A stretch of 27,495 nucleotides of DNA from Dehalococcoidia bacterium (GCA_004375675.1 SOKR01000167.1:1-27495), one strand, 5' to 3'. Shown: positions 16,333 through 23,647, counted from the first letter of the stretch. Notes: a model not told the origin generated them from the sequence alone. Translations and numbers: made by a program.

Positions 16333-17790
16333 CTAGAAGCACAGATTACCGGGGTTCATTATATTCTTGGGGTCGAAGAGCTTTTTCACCCTTTTCAGGG
16401 TCACGGCGTAGCCGTTGGCTCTATCATAGACCAGCTTAGCCAGCTCCCCGTAGGGGCGGGTAAAGAGAGCCCCCTGGTCGAGCAGGGTTTTGGCGGCTTC
16501 AGTGGCCAGGTTTCGAACTCGTTCCACTTCGGGGCGGCTGGTGGGGTCGTAGAAGAGGTTGAATTCCAGCTGGCAAGCCCGATTATGCTCTATGGGCTGT
16601 ATATAGCTGCCGAGGTCGCTTTCGGGGTAGCCGTGCCGGGAAGCCAGCGATTCCATCTTCTCGACGAATTTCGGCGCCAGCGTCGGCTTGGTGATGAAGA
16701 AGAGGCTGTGGCAACCGCCCTTATAGCGGTTCTTCCAGTAGGTTGTTTCCTTGGGCCAGGGTTTGCGGAGCATGCCCAGCAGTTTTTCGCCCGAGCCGGG
16801 AAGCCCGGGGAGGTTATCGCTGAACGAGATTTCGGGGAACTCGTTTTTGATAATCTCGTTAAGCGCTTTTTCTTCGTATTTAATCTTACCGTCGGGGTTA
16901 CGGTAATGTCCGCTGATGACCAGAATGAGCGTCCAGGGCGGCAGGGAAGCCTTTAGCGAGGCGAAGTCTTTCTTCATATCCACCGCCATTATCGCCGCCA
17001 GGTCGGTATTATTCAGCAGCAGGCACTCCTGGCCGATTCTTATCCTTAATATACGATACAAAAATTCCATGACCCGGTCGAGGTCTTTGACCGGAGCTAA
17101 AAATACCTTGTCTTTCTGGGTCAGGTATTCGGTCTTGAGGTTGGTCCAGGTCACCACCCCCATCGTCCCCTGAGCCATCTGCAAAAATCTATAGAAGTCC
17201 AGCCCGGGCCCCGAGGGGTTGCCCCCCTTGGAGGGGGAATCGGGGTAGCCCGTTACACTGGCTGAGCCGGTGCGGAAGACCTCTCCGTTGGGCCAGACGA
17301 CTTCCATGCTCTGCAGCGGTTCGCCGTAGTCATAGACGGTGTTGGTGATGACTTCTCTTTCCAGGTGGTCGGTAAGCACCGAGCGCTGGGGGTGGGGGAG
17401 GAGGGGCATCATTATCCTGAAGCCCTTCTTTTCCAGGTGGCTGGTGAGCTGTTCCCAGGTTACCCCCGCTTCAAACCTCACGCGGCGGTTGAATTCGTCA
17501 ACTTCAAAGACGCGGTTCATCCGGGTAAGGTCGAGGATAATGCCGCCCTTCTTGGGGATGGTCGCCCCGTAGAAGTGCACCCAGGAGCTGACCGGCACCA
17601 CGGGGAGCGAATGAGCGTTGGCGACCTGGATGATCCTTTGCACTTCCTGGGTGTCTTTGGGCTTGACCGCATATTCGGGCGCTCCGGCTGGTTGGAGACT
17701 GAAGTCCTTGGCATATGTCTCTAAAGCCTTGGGGTCGTCGGAGAGGTTCTCGACGCCGACGATTTCCACAAGCTTGTCTCTTCTGTTCAT
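16333..17790 (-). CDS. FAD-linked oxidoreductase, VAO/PCMH-like family (485 aa), with a degenerate FAD loop
   Basis: VKPKDTQEVQRII, GGIILDLTRMNRV, EAGVTWEQL, MEVVWPNGEVFRTG, GPGLDF, LFDPKNIMNPG; the Gly-rich loop is replaced by PVSSWVH. Confidence 0.85.
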   Translation of the reverse strand: MNRRDKLVEIVGVENLSDDPKALETYAKDFSLQPAGAPEYAVKPKDTQEVQRIIQVANAHSLPVVPVSSWVHFYGATIPKKGGIILDLTRMNRVFEVDEFNRRVRFEAGVTWEQLTSHLEKKGFRIMMPLLPHPQRSVLTDHLEREVITNTVYDYGEPLQSMEVVWPNGEVFRTGSASVTGYPDSPSKGGNPSGPGLDFYRFLQMAQGTMGVVTWTNLKTEYLTQKDKVFLAPVKDLDRVMEFLYRILRIRIGQECLLLNNTDLAAIMAVDMKKDFASLKASLPPWTLILVISGHYRNPDGKIKYEEKALNEIIKNEFPEISFSDNLPGLPGSGEKLLGMLRKPWPKETTYWKNRYKGGCHSLFFITKPTLAPKFVEKMESLASRHGYPESDLGSYIQPIEHNRACQLEFNLFYDPTSRPEVERVRNLATEAAKTLLDQGALFTRPYGELAKLVYDRANGYAVTLKRVKKLFDPKNIMNPGNLCF

Positions 17791-17828
17791 AGTTCTACCT
17801 CCCGCTTTGCTGTGGTGCTTTGGCTGTC

Positions 17829-17858
17829 AAAAAAATCGACCCTTAATTACAGTGGGTC
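17829..17858 (-). terminator. Weak terminator-like hairpin plus U-tract in the 5' leader of the redox operon (possible attenuator)
   Basis: On - strand: GACCC-actgtaattaa-GGGTC-ga-TTTTTTT, about 40 nt before ATG 17790. Confidence 0.3.
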
Positions 17859-17928
17859 TTAAAGTATAGTTCCATCAAATTAGACACAGGACACTAGCCG
17901 TTAAGTGCTGATGACCTTTTGCCGTTTC

Positions 17929-17958
17929 AGGATAGCATAAAAGCATGTTTCATGGCAA
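17929..17958 (-). promoter_or_regulatory. Candidate promoter of the nine-gene redox operon
   Basis: On - strand: TTGCCA, 18 bp, TGc-TATCCT (extended -10). Confidence 0.45.
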
Positions 17959-18035
17959 CTTTTTTACCCCGAAGCTTTGGTGGGAAAACTTGCCGATAAT
18001 GAAGCAGAAGCCGTTATTCCAGATGACCGATTAGA

Positions 18036-18278
18036 TTAAGAGCGGGGCGGCTTGTCTTGCCCGCTGCCACCCTTTTTCTTGGTGGGGGTGGGGGCTTTAG
18101 CAGGTGTATCAATGACATACTTTTCCGCAGTGAATGGAGAGTAGCCGTCGGAAATTTTCCTGCCGCCCTCTGTAATCACCAACCCCTTACCGCATCTGGG
18201 ACACGTCTGATTCTGGGGGAACTGCAACGCCCAACCAGAACAGTGATAATCACACTCTGGGCATTTGCCGTCTAGCAT
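18036..18278 (-). CDS. Small zinc-ribbon protein, function unknown
   Basis: CPEC-x16-CPRC pair within 80 aa; own promoter-like elements directly upstream. Confidence 0.7.
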   Translation of the reverse strand: MLDGKCPECDYHCSGWALQFPQNQTCPRCGKGLVITEGGRKISDGYSPFTAEKYVIDTPAKAPTPTKKKGGSGQDKPPRS

Positions 18279-18283
18279 ACTTT

Positions 18284-18313
18284 ATCTTACTGAGTGGGAA
18301 CCTTCGGCGTCAA
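18284..18313 (-). promoter_or_regulatory. Candidate promoter giving a leaderless transcript for the zinc-ribbon gene
   Basis: On - strand: TTGACG, 18 bp, TAAGAT, then only 5 nt before ATG; no SD. Confidence 0.5.
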
Positions 18314-18502
18314 GTTCATTGTATGGGAGGGGGAGTGGACTTTTGTCCTTTCTGGCTGCCTTAATTGCGCTCATACTCCGTTTTACTGCCAAATCCGAGC
18401 GATATGTTGAGTAAACGCTATTTTATTGCCCATCTACGGCTGGTAAGCCCTGTTATTAGGATTGAATTGACTATTATTGACTATAATCAGCTTTGGGGGG
18501 CT

Positions 18503-19966
18503 TTATTTGCCGATAGAGTCGAGGTAATCCCTGTAGAAGGCCAGCTGGTTTAATACCCTGGCGGCGCGGCGCGGGCTGGGATAGACCGGGATGCCTTCCC
18601 GACTGAAGAGGGAGGCGACCTCGGGGTCGGCGGCGAATTCGACGGCGGGCTTGACCATGAAGACCGGCTTTTCATCCCGCTTTACCCGCTGGCTGAGCTT
18701 GTCTAGGGCTTTTTCCTCCGCCCGGCGGTAAGCCTTAATCTCCTCGCTGTCGAACATGGTGGCCAGGCGGTCGGTGTTAGCCCCGATGGGCGCTTGCAGC
18801 AGGATGGCGTCTATATCTTTGTCATCCATCATGGCGAAGAGGGAGGGAAAGATGACCGGGTTTTCGGCCATGCTGATGCCGGCCATATCCACCGGGTTGG
18901 CGTGAGACCAGCGCGGTGGCAGGTGGGCGTTCAGCTTTTCTACTGTAGCCGGAGCCAGCGGGGGTATCTCCAGCCCTTCTTTTTCGCAGGCTTCGGCGGA
19001 CATTACCCCCAGCCCGCCTCCGATGGTCAGGATGCCTATCTTCCTGCCGTGGGGCAACGGCTGGTAAAGCAGGGCGGTGACCACATCACAGAGTTCGTCG
19101 TCGTCTTCCACCCTGAGCACTCCCGCCTGGTGGAAGGCCGCCGAATAAATCTCGTCCGAGCCGGCCAGGGTGGCGGTGTGAGACATGGCGGCTTCCGCCG
19201 ATGCCCTGGTTGCCCCCGACTTGATGACGATAACCGGCTTATGGGGGGTAATCTTTTTAGCCAGCTCGAAGAAGCGCCGGCCCTCTCTCAGTCCTTCGAT
19301 GTAGGCGGCGATTATTTTGGTATCCTTATCTTCCGCCAGGTATTCAAGATAGTCGGCAAAATGTATGTCGGCTTCGTTGCCGGTGCTGACGAATTTGCTG
19401 AAGCCGATGCCCGACATCATGCCGCGGTGAAGTATGCGGTGGCCGTAGTTGCCGCTCTGGGAGATGAGAGCCACGGGGCCGGGGGGAGTGTCGAAGGTCC
19501 AGGCCAGGGTGGAGAGGTGGGAGGAGGTATCGGCATGGCCCATGGTGTTGGGTCCGATAAAGCGGACGCCTCCCTGGCGGGCGACCTCGACCAGGGCGGC
19601 TTCCAGTTTGACGCCCTCGTCGCCGCTTTCGGCAAAACCGCCGGAGACGACCACCGCCGCCTTTACCCCTTTCTGGACGCATTCGCGGATTATTTTGGGC
19701 ACCCGCGGGGAAGCGACGACGATGACAGCCAGTTCCACCGTCTCGGGGATATCGAGCACGCTGGCATAACTCTTAACGCCCATAACCTCGGCGGCGTTGG
19801 GGTTGACCGGGTAGATTTTTCGGCGGGTGGGGTGGAGGAGGTGCTTCATAATGCCGTACCCCCAGGAGCCGGGGTTGTTGGAGGCGCCGATGACCGCCAC
19901 CACTTTGGGGGCGAAGATATATTGCCAGTTAATCTTTCTGTTCCGCTTTTTACCGCTGTTTTTCAA
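18503..19966 (-). CDS. ADP-forming acyl-CoA synthetase alpha subunit (CoA-binding and ligase-CoA domains, no ATP-grasp)
   Basis: VAVIGASNNPG, YPVNP, FIGPNTMG, LISQSGN, FVSTGNEAD, SHTATLAG (phospho-His), GGGLGVM, NPVDM; TTG start. Confidence 0.9.
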   Translation of the reverse strand: MKNSGKKRNRKINWQYIFAPKVVAVIGASNNPGSWGYGIMKHLLHPTRRKIYPVNPNAAEVMGVKSYASVLDIPETVELAVIVVASPRVPKIIRECVQKGVKAAVVVSGGFAESGDEGVKLEAALVEVARQGGVRFIGPNTMGHADTSSHLSTLAWTFDTPPGPVALISQSGNYGHRILHRGMMSGIGFSKFVSTGNEADIHFADYLEYLAEDKDTKIIAAYIEGLREGRRFFELAKKITPHKPVIVIKSGATRASAEAAMSHTATLAGSDEIYSAAFHQAGVLRVEDDDELCDVVTALLYQPLPHGRKIGILTIGGGLGVMSAEACEKEGLEIPPLAPATVEKLNAHLPPRWSHANPVDMAGISMAENPVIFPSLFAMMDDKDIDAILLQAPIGANTDRLATMFDSEEIKAYRRAEEKALDKLSQRVKRDEKPVFMVKPAVEFAADPEVASLFSREGIPVYPSPRRAARVLNQLAFYRDYLDSIGK

Positions 19967-19992
19967 GATTATTCACCCGGATTTTACCCTAG

Positions 19993-20021
19993 ATTCTACA
20001 CGCTGTATGGGTTATAAACAA
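19993..20021 (-). promoter_or_regulatory. Candidate promoter for the acyl-CoA synthetase gene
   Basis: On - strand: TTGTTT, 17 bp, TAGAAT. Confidence 0.45.
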
Positions 20022-20073
20022 GTTTGGCCTTGTGTTGACGACTGAGGCTGTATCATAATAGAAAGGTATTCTA

Positions 20074-20082
20074 TGCTATAAT
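20074..20082 (+). promoter_or_regulatory. Extended -10 promoter for the beta-helix gene/trxB unit
   Basis: TGcTATAAT; SD GGGGAGG before ATG 20115. Confidence 0.55.
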
Positions 20083-20114
20083 CTAAAAAAGGTTATAAGA
20101 CCGGGGAGGCAGCC

Positions 20115-21245
20115 ATGTCCAAGCATGTATTTCGGGGTCTGACGGTTCTTTTTCTGGTGGTTCTGGCGACGGTGTTGCTGGCCGTGCCGGTTTCAGCCGC
20201 TGAGTTACGCGGACTGGAGAGCGTCACCATCGCCAGCGGAGAGGTTATTGACGACGACCTCTATGTGGCCGGCAACTCCATTACCATCGACGGCACCGTT
20301 AACGGCGACCTCTGGGCCGCAGGCGGCACGCTAACAATCAACGGTACGGTCAACGGTGACGTGGTGGCCGCCGTTGGTACGTTGAACATCGACGGCGAGG
20401 TCGGCCAGTCGGTGCGGGTGGTGGCTGGCGAGGTTAACATCAGCGGCGATATCGGTGACGACCTGCTCTTCGGCGGCGGCGACCTGACTATCAGTAGCAC
20501 GGCCACAATCGGCGGCGACCTCCTTTTCGCCGCCGGCAAGGTTCGCATTGACGGCGTTATATATGGTTACATCAGGGGCGCTGGCGATGAAGTGACCCTG
20601 GCCGACGGGGTGGGGGGAGACGTCCAGATTGGGGTTGACGAGCTGACCGTCACTTCTAGCGCTTTTATCCAGGGCAACCTGGCCTACACCAGTGAGAATG
20701 AAGCCGTTATCCAGTCCGGCGCTCAAATCGGGGGCACAATTACCCATAATATACCCGAGATGGGATGGCTGTTCAAAGAGAGCATCCTATCTACTGTATT
20801 GGGTCGTTTGCTCAGCTTCCTGATGATTCTGGCCATCGGCGTAATCATCGTCCTGGTGGCGCCGAGAAGAATGGCCCTGATGGCCGATACCATACGCAAT
20901 AAGCCCTGGTGGAGCCTGGGGTGGGGGGCTATTGTCCTCTTTGCCACCCCGGTGGCGGCTATAGTGGTCTGCATCACCATTATCGGCATACCGCTGGGGT
21001 TAATCGGCCTGGCCCTTTGGGGGATAGCTATCTACTTGAGCCAGATACCGATAGCGCTGTTTATCGGGCGGTGGATATTGGGCTACTTTAATAAGACGGA
21101 TTCCAGGGCAGTTATGGTGGGGGCGCTGGCTCTGGGGCTGGCTATTTTATGCCTGCTGCGGATGATTCCTTACGCGGGCTTTGTTATCGGGCTGGCGGCG
21201 GTACTCTTTGGCCTGGGAGCGGTGCTGGTCTCTTTAAGAAAATAA
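20115..21245 (+). CDS. Exported bactofilin-like (polymer-forming cytoskeletal) beta-helix repeat protein with a C-terminal multi-TM domain
   Basis: Signal peptide ending VPVSA-A; about 17-aa repeats (GDL..aG..i.I.G.V); several hydrophobic segments in the C-terminal half. Confidence 0.75.
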   Translation: MSKHVFRGLTVLFLVVLATVLLAVPVSAAELRGLESVTIASGEVIDDDLYVAGNSITIDGTVNGDLWAAGGTLTINGTVNGDVVAAVGTLNIDGEVGQSVRVVAGEVNISGDIGDDLLFGGGDLTISSTATIGGDLLFAAGKVRIDGVIYGYIRGAGDEVTLADGVGGDVQIGVDELTVTSSAFIQGNLAYTSENEAVIQSGAQIGGTITHNIPEMGWLFKESILSTVLGRLLSFLMILAIGVIIVLVAPRRMALMADTIRNKPWWSLGWGAIVLFATPVAAIVVCITIIGIPLGLIGLALWGIAIYLSQIPIALFIGRWILGYFNKTDSRAVMVGALALGLAILCLLRMIPYAGFVIGLAAVLFGLGAVLVSLRK

Positions 21246-21266
21246 CGCTTGAAGCGGAGTTAGGCA

Positions 21267-22187
21267 ATGGCAGTATCTAAGAACTACGAAGTGGTTATTA
21301 TCGGGGGTGGTCCGGCTGGGCTTACCGCGGGGCTTTACACCGCGCGGGCGGGATTGAAGAGCCTGCTCATCGAGCGCGGCGCCTTCGGCGGGCAGATATT
21401 GAACGCGCCGCTGGTGGAAAATTACCCTGGCTTCCCCGAGGGCATCTCCGGCGCCGAGCTGGGCGCGCTCATGCACCAGCAAGCGGCTAAATACGGGCTA
21501 AAGACGGTAACGGCTGAGGTCACGGGAGTGAAAGCGGGAAGGACGCATAAGATTATTACCGACGGGGGCAGTTTTGAGGCTAATGCTATTATTATCGCTG
21601 TCGGCTCGGAGTACCGCAAGCTGGGCGTTCCCGGCGAGGAAACGCTGGTGGGGCACGGCGTGTCCTACTGCGCTACCTGCGACGGCTTTTTCTTCCGCAA
21701 GCGGGAGGTGGCTGTGGTGGGAGGGGGCGATGCCGCTATCACCGATGCCTTGGAGCTTACCCAGCACGCCACTAAGATTTACGTCATACACCGTCGAGAC
21801 CAGTTGCGGGCGGGGGAGGTGCTCCAAAAACGGGCCATGGCGCAGCCTAAGATAAGGTTTATCTGGGATACTATCGTGGAGGAGATTGTGGGTGGGGAGG
21901 TGGTCAAGGCGCTTCAACTGCGTAATGTTAAGACCAAGAAGTCTTCTGCCCTGGAGGTGGCGGGCGTCTTTGTCGCCGTGGGTCTTAAACCCAACAGCCA
22001 GCAGTTCGCTGATATATTAAAGCTGAGTAAGAGCGGGCACATAAGCACCGACGAAACGATGGCGACCTCGGCTCCCGGGCTTTTTGCCGCGGGCGATGTC
22101 CGCCAGAGTTCAGCCCGCCAGATTGCTACCGCTGTCGGCGACGGTGCTACCGCCGCCCTGGCCGCATTTAGTTATCTAATGGGCTGA
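21267..22187 (+). CDS. trxB: Thioredoxin-disulfide reductase
   Basis: IIGGGPAGLTA, VENYPGF, GVSYCATCDG, VVGGGD, HRRDQLRA, FAAGDV. Confidence 0.96.
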   Translation: MAVSKNYEVVIIGGGPAGLTAGLYTARAGLKSLLIERGAFGGQILNAPLVENYPGFPEGISGAELGALMHQQAAKYGLKTVTAEVTGVKAGRTHKIITDGGSFEANAIIIAVGSEYRKLGVPGEETLVGHGVSYCATCDGFFFRKREVAVVGGGDAAITDALELTQHATKIYVIHRRDQLRAGEVLQKRAMAQPKIRFIWDTIVEEIVGGEVVKALQLRNVKTKKSSALEVAGVFVAVGLKPNSQQFADILKLSKSGHISTDETMATSAPGLFAAGDVRQSSARQIATAVGDGATAALAAFSYLMG

Positions 22188-22200
22188 AAATATGGGGTGG

Positions 22201-22277
22201 TGGCGACCCCGGGGGGATTCGAACCCCCGATCTCCACCGTGACAGGGTGGCATGTTAGACCGCTACACTACGGGGCC
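22201..22277 (-). tRNA. tRNA-Asp (GUC), CCA encoded
   Basis: Reverse complement GGCCCCGTAGTGTAGCGGTCTAACATGCCACCCTGTCACGGTGGAGATCGGGGGTTCGAATCCCCCCGGGGTCGCCA folds into a cloverleaf: anticodon stem CCACC/GGTGG, loop CTGTCAC, T-loop TTCGAAT. Confidence 0.98.
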
Positions 22278-22291
22278 GTTCCTGTAAGAAA

Positions 22292-22320
22292 AGTCTATCA
22301 GGGGCGCTTGGCCCTGTCAA
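22292..22320 (-). promoter_or_regulatory. Promoter for tRNA-Asp
   Basis: On - strand: TTGACA, 17 bp, TAGACT. Confidence 0.7.
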
Positions 22321-22341
22321 GCTGACGCCTACGCCCAGCTA

Positions 22342-22370
22342 TTGTTGCATTAGTAGTTGTATGCTATAAT
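22342..22370 (+). promoter_or_regulatory. Promoter for rpsF-ssb-rpsR (back-to-back with the tRNA promoter)
   Basis: TTGTTG, 17 bp, TGc-TATAAT. Confidence 0.65.
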
Positions 22371-22397
22371 ATCTAATCTCAGCTGGTGAAGGAGCGC

Positions 22398-22727
22398 ATG
22401 GTTACTAAGGAGAATATGGTTACCGAGGAAAGCAAGCAGCTTCGCGATTACGAGCTGGTGGTGATAATTAACCCCGAGCTTGCCGATGACGCTGTCGATG
22501 GCATAATGGATAATATCAGCCGCCTGATTACCCAGGATGGCGGCACGGTTGACGAAGTAGACCGCTGGGATAAGCGCAAGCTGGCTTATCCCATTAAACA
22601 TTTTCTGGAAGGCAATTATGTTCTGCTCCGATGTAAGATGAAAGCGACATCGGGCAAAGAGCTTGAAGCCAGTCTGGGAATTTCCGAGGAGGTGCTACGG
22701 CATTTACTGGTAAGATTAGACAGCTAA
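22398..22727 (+). CDS. rpsF: 30S ribosomal protein S6 (start ambiguous: GTG 22386, ATG 22398 or ATG 22416)
   Basis: RDYELVVIINPEL, WDKRKLAYPIKH, GNYVL, EVLRHLLVR. Confidence 0.96.
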   Translation: MVTKENMVTEESKQLRDYELVVIINPELADDAVDGIMDNISRLITQDGGTVDEVDRWDKRKLAYPIKHFLEGNYVLLRCKMKATSGKELEASLGISEEVLRHLLVRLDS

Positions 22728-22786
22728 TTTAAGGAAAAACGCCTGTTTCCTACGGATTTGTGTGAGGGCGAAAGGAGTTTACGGCG

Positions 22787-23215
22787 ATGTTGACCCTGAA
22801 CAAAGTGATGATCATAGGAAATGTTGGCACTGAACCCGAAATGCGTTTCACCCCTAACGGCAACCCGGTAACTTCATTCCGTGTTGCCACCAACAGAGTT
22901 TACACCACCCCCGACGGCGAGCGTAAGCAGGAAACGGAATGGTTTACCGTAGTCGCCTGGAATAGACTGGCTGAGAATTGCAACCAGTATCTGACCAAAG
23001 GTCAGCGCGTTTATGCCGAGGGCAGGCTGCACACCCGTAGCTGGGAGGGCCAGGACGGGCAGCAGCGCTCCCGGTCGGAAATAGTGGCTAACCGGGTGCT
23101 CTTCCTTGACCGACAGGCAACAGCTCCCGTTTCCGGGGAGGGGGGCGAGGAGGCTGCTCACAGCGAGCCGGAGCCGGCGGCGGTGGAAGACGTGCCCTTC
23201 CCCGATGATGGTTAG
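22787..23215 (+). CDS. ssb: Single-stranded DNA-binding protein
   Basis: LNKVMIIGNVG.EPEMRFTPNG, TEWF.VVAW, EGRLHTRSWE; acidic tail EDVPFPDDG. Confidence 0.97.
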   Translation: MLTLNKVMIIGNVGTEPEMRFTPNGNPVTSFRVATNRVYTTPDGERKQETEWFTVVAWNRLAENCNQYLTKGQRVYAEGRLHTRSWEGQDGQQRSRSEIVANRVLFLDRQATAPVSGEGGEEAAHSEPEPAAVEDVPFPDDG

Positions 23216-23251
23216 AAATCTACTAGAAGGGTTTAGGTAAGATAATAAGAG

Positions 23252-23554
23252 GTGGCTAGAAGAAGAGCTGACGAATCGAGAGGTAAAAGGCCGGGCAGGT
23301 CGAGATATGTACCGAGACGCAAGGTTTGTTCTCTTTGTGTCGATAACGTTAAGGAGATAGATTATAAAGACCCGGCCAAGTTGCGCCATTACATAACGGA
23401 TAGGGGTAAGATTGGGCCCCGTCGCAAGACCGGTACCTGCGCCAAGCATCAGCGCGCCCTGGCGTTGGCCATAAAGAGGGCGCGGCACTTAGCCCTGCTG
23501 CCTTATGTACCGGCGCACATCCATGAGACAGGGGGCGTTGGTGTACGCGATTAG
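23252..23554 (+). CDS. rpsR: 30S ribosomal protein S18, zinc-binding (C+) form
   Basis: [46 protein letters not shown]; GTG start. Confidence 0.97.
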   Translation: MARRRADESRGKRPGRSRYVPRRKVCSLCVDNVKEIDYKDPAKLRHYITDRGKIGPRRKTGTCAKHQRALALAIKRARHLALLPYVPAHIHETGGVGVRD

Positions 23555-23563
23555 TTCGGTATA

Positions 23564-23590
23564 GGGTGCCTTTATTATTTTTCGGCACCC
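23564..23590 (+). terminator. Hairpin after rpsR
   Basis: GGGTGCC-N13-GGCACCC, flanked by TATA/gTATA; weak downstream T-run. Confidence 0.5.
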
Positions 23591-23617
23591 GTATAAATCC
23601 GTTTTATCTCTCTCCCT

Positions 23618-23647
23618 TTGACACCCCGAAGATTACAGAAGTATAAT
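23618..23647 (+). promoter_or_regulatory. Consensus sigma70 promoter for the rpmH operon
   Basis: TTGACA, 18 bp, TATAAT. Confidence 0.8.

Noticed and set aside
5903-17790. Selenocysteine recoding in the redox enzymes
   Set aside because: All ORFs appear full-length for their families; no in-frame TGA interrupts a conserved Cys motif.
18314-18553. Small ORFs in the gap (62-aa track ORF; 9-aa GTG peptide after GGAGG; 28-aa minus-strand ORF)
   Set aside because: No motifs, poor SD spacing or no downstream gene to regulate; cannot be supported without Ribo-seq.
18794-20017. Long antisense ORFs (407 aa here; also 13485..14282, 7709..8308, 15520..16164 and others)
   Set aside because: They lie wholly opposite well-supported genes, lack motifs, and are expected shadows of GC-rich codon usage.
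22201-22277. tRNA as attachment site of a genomic island
   Set aside because: No integrase, no duplicated tRNA 3' fragment noticed, and housekeeping genes on both sides.
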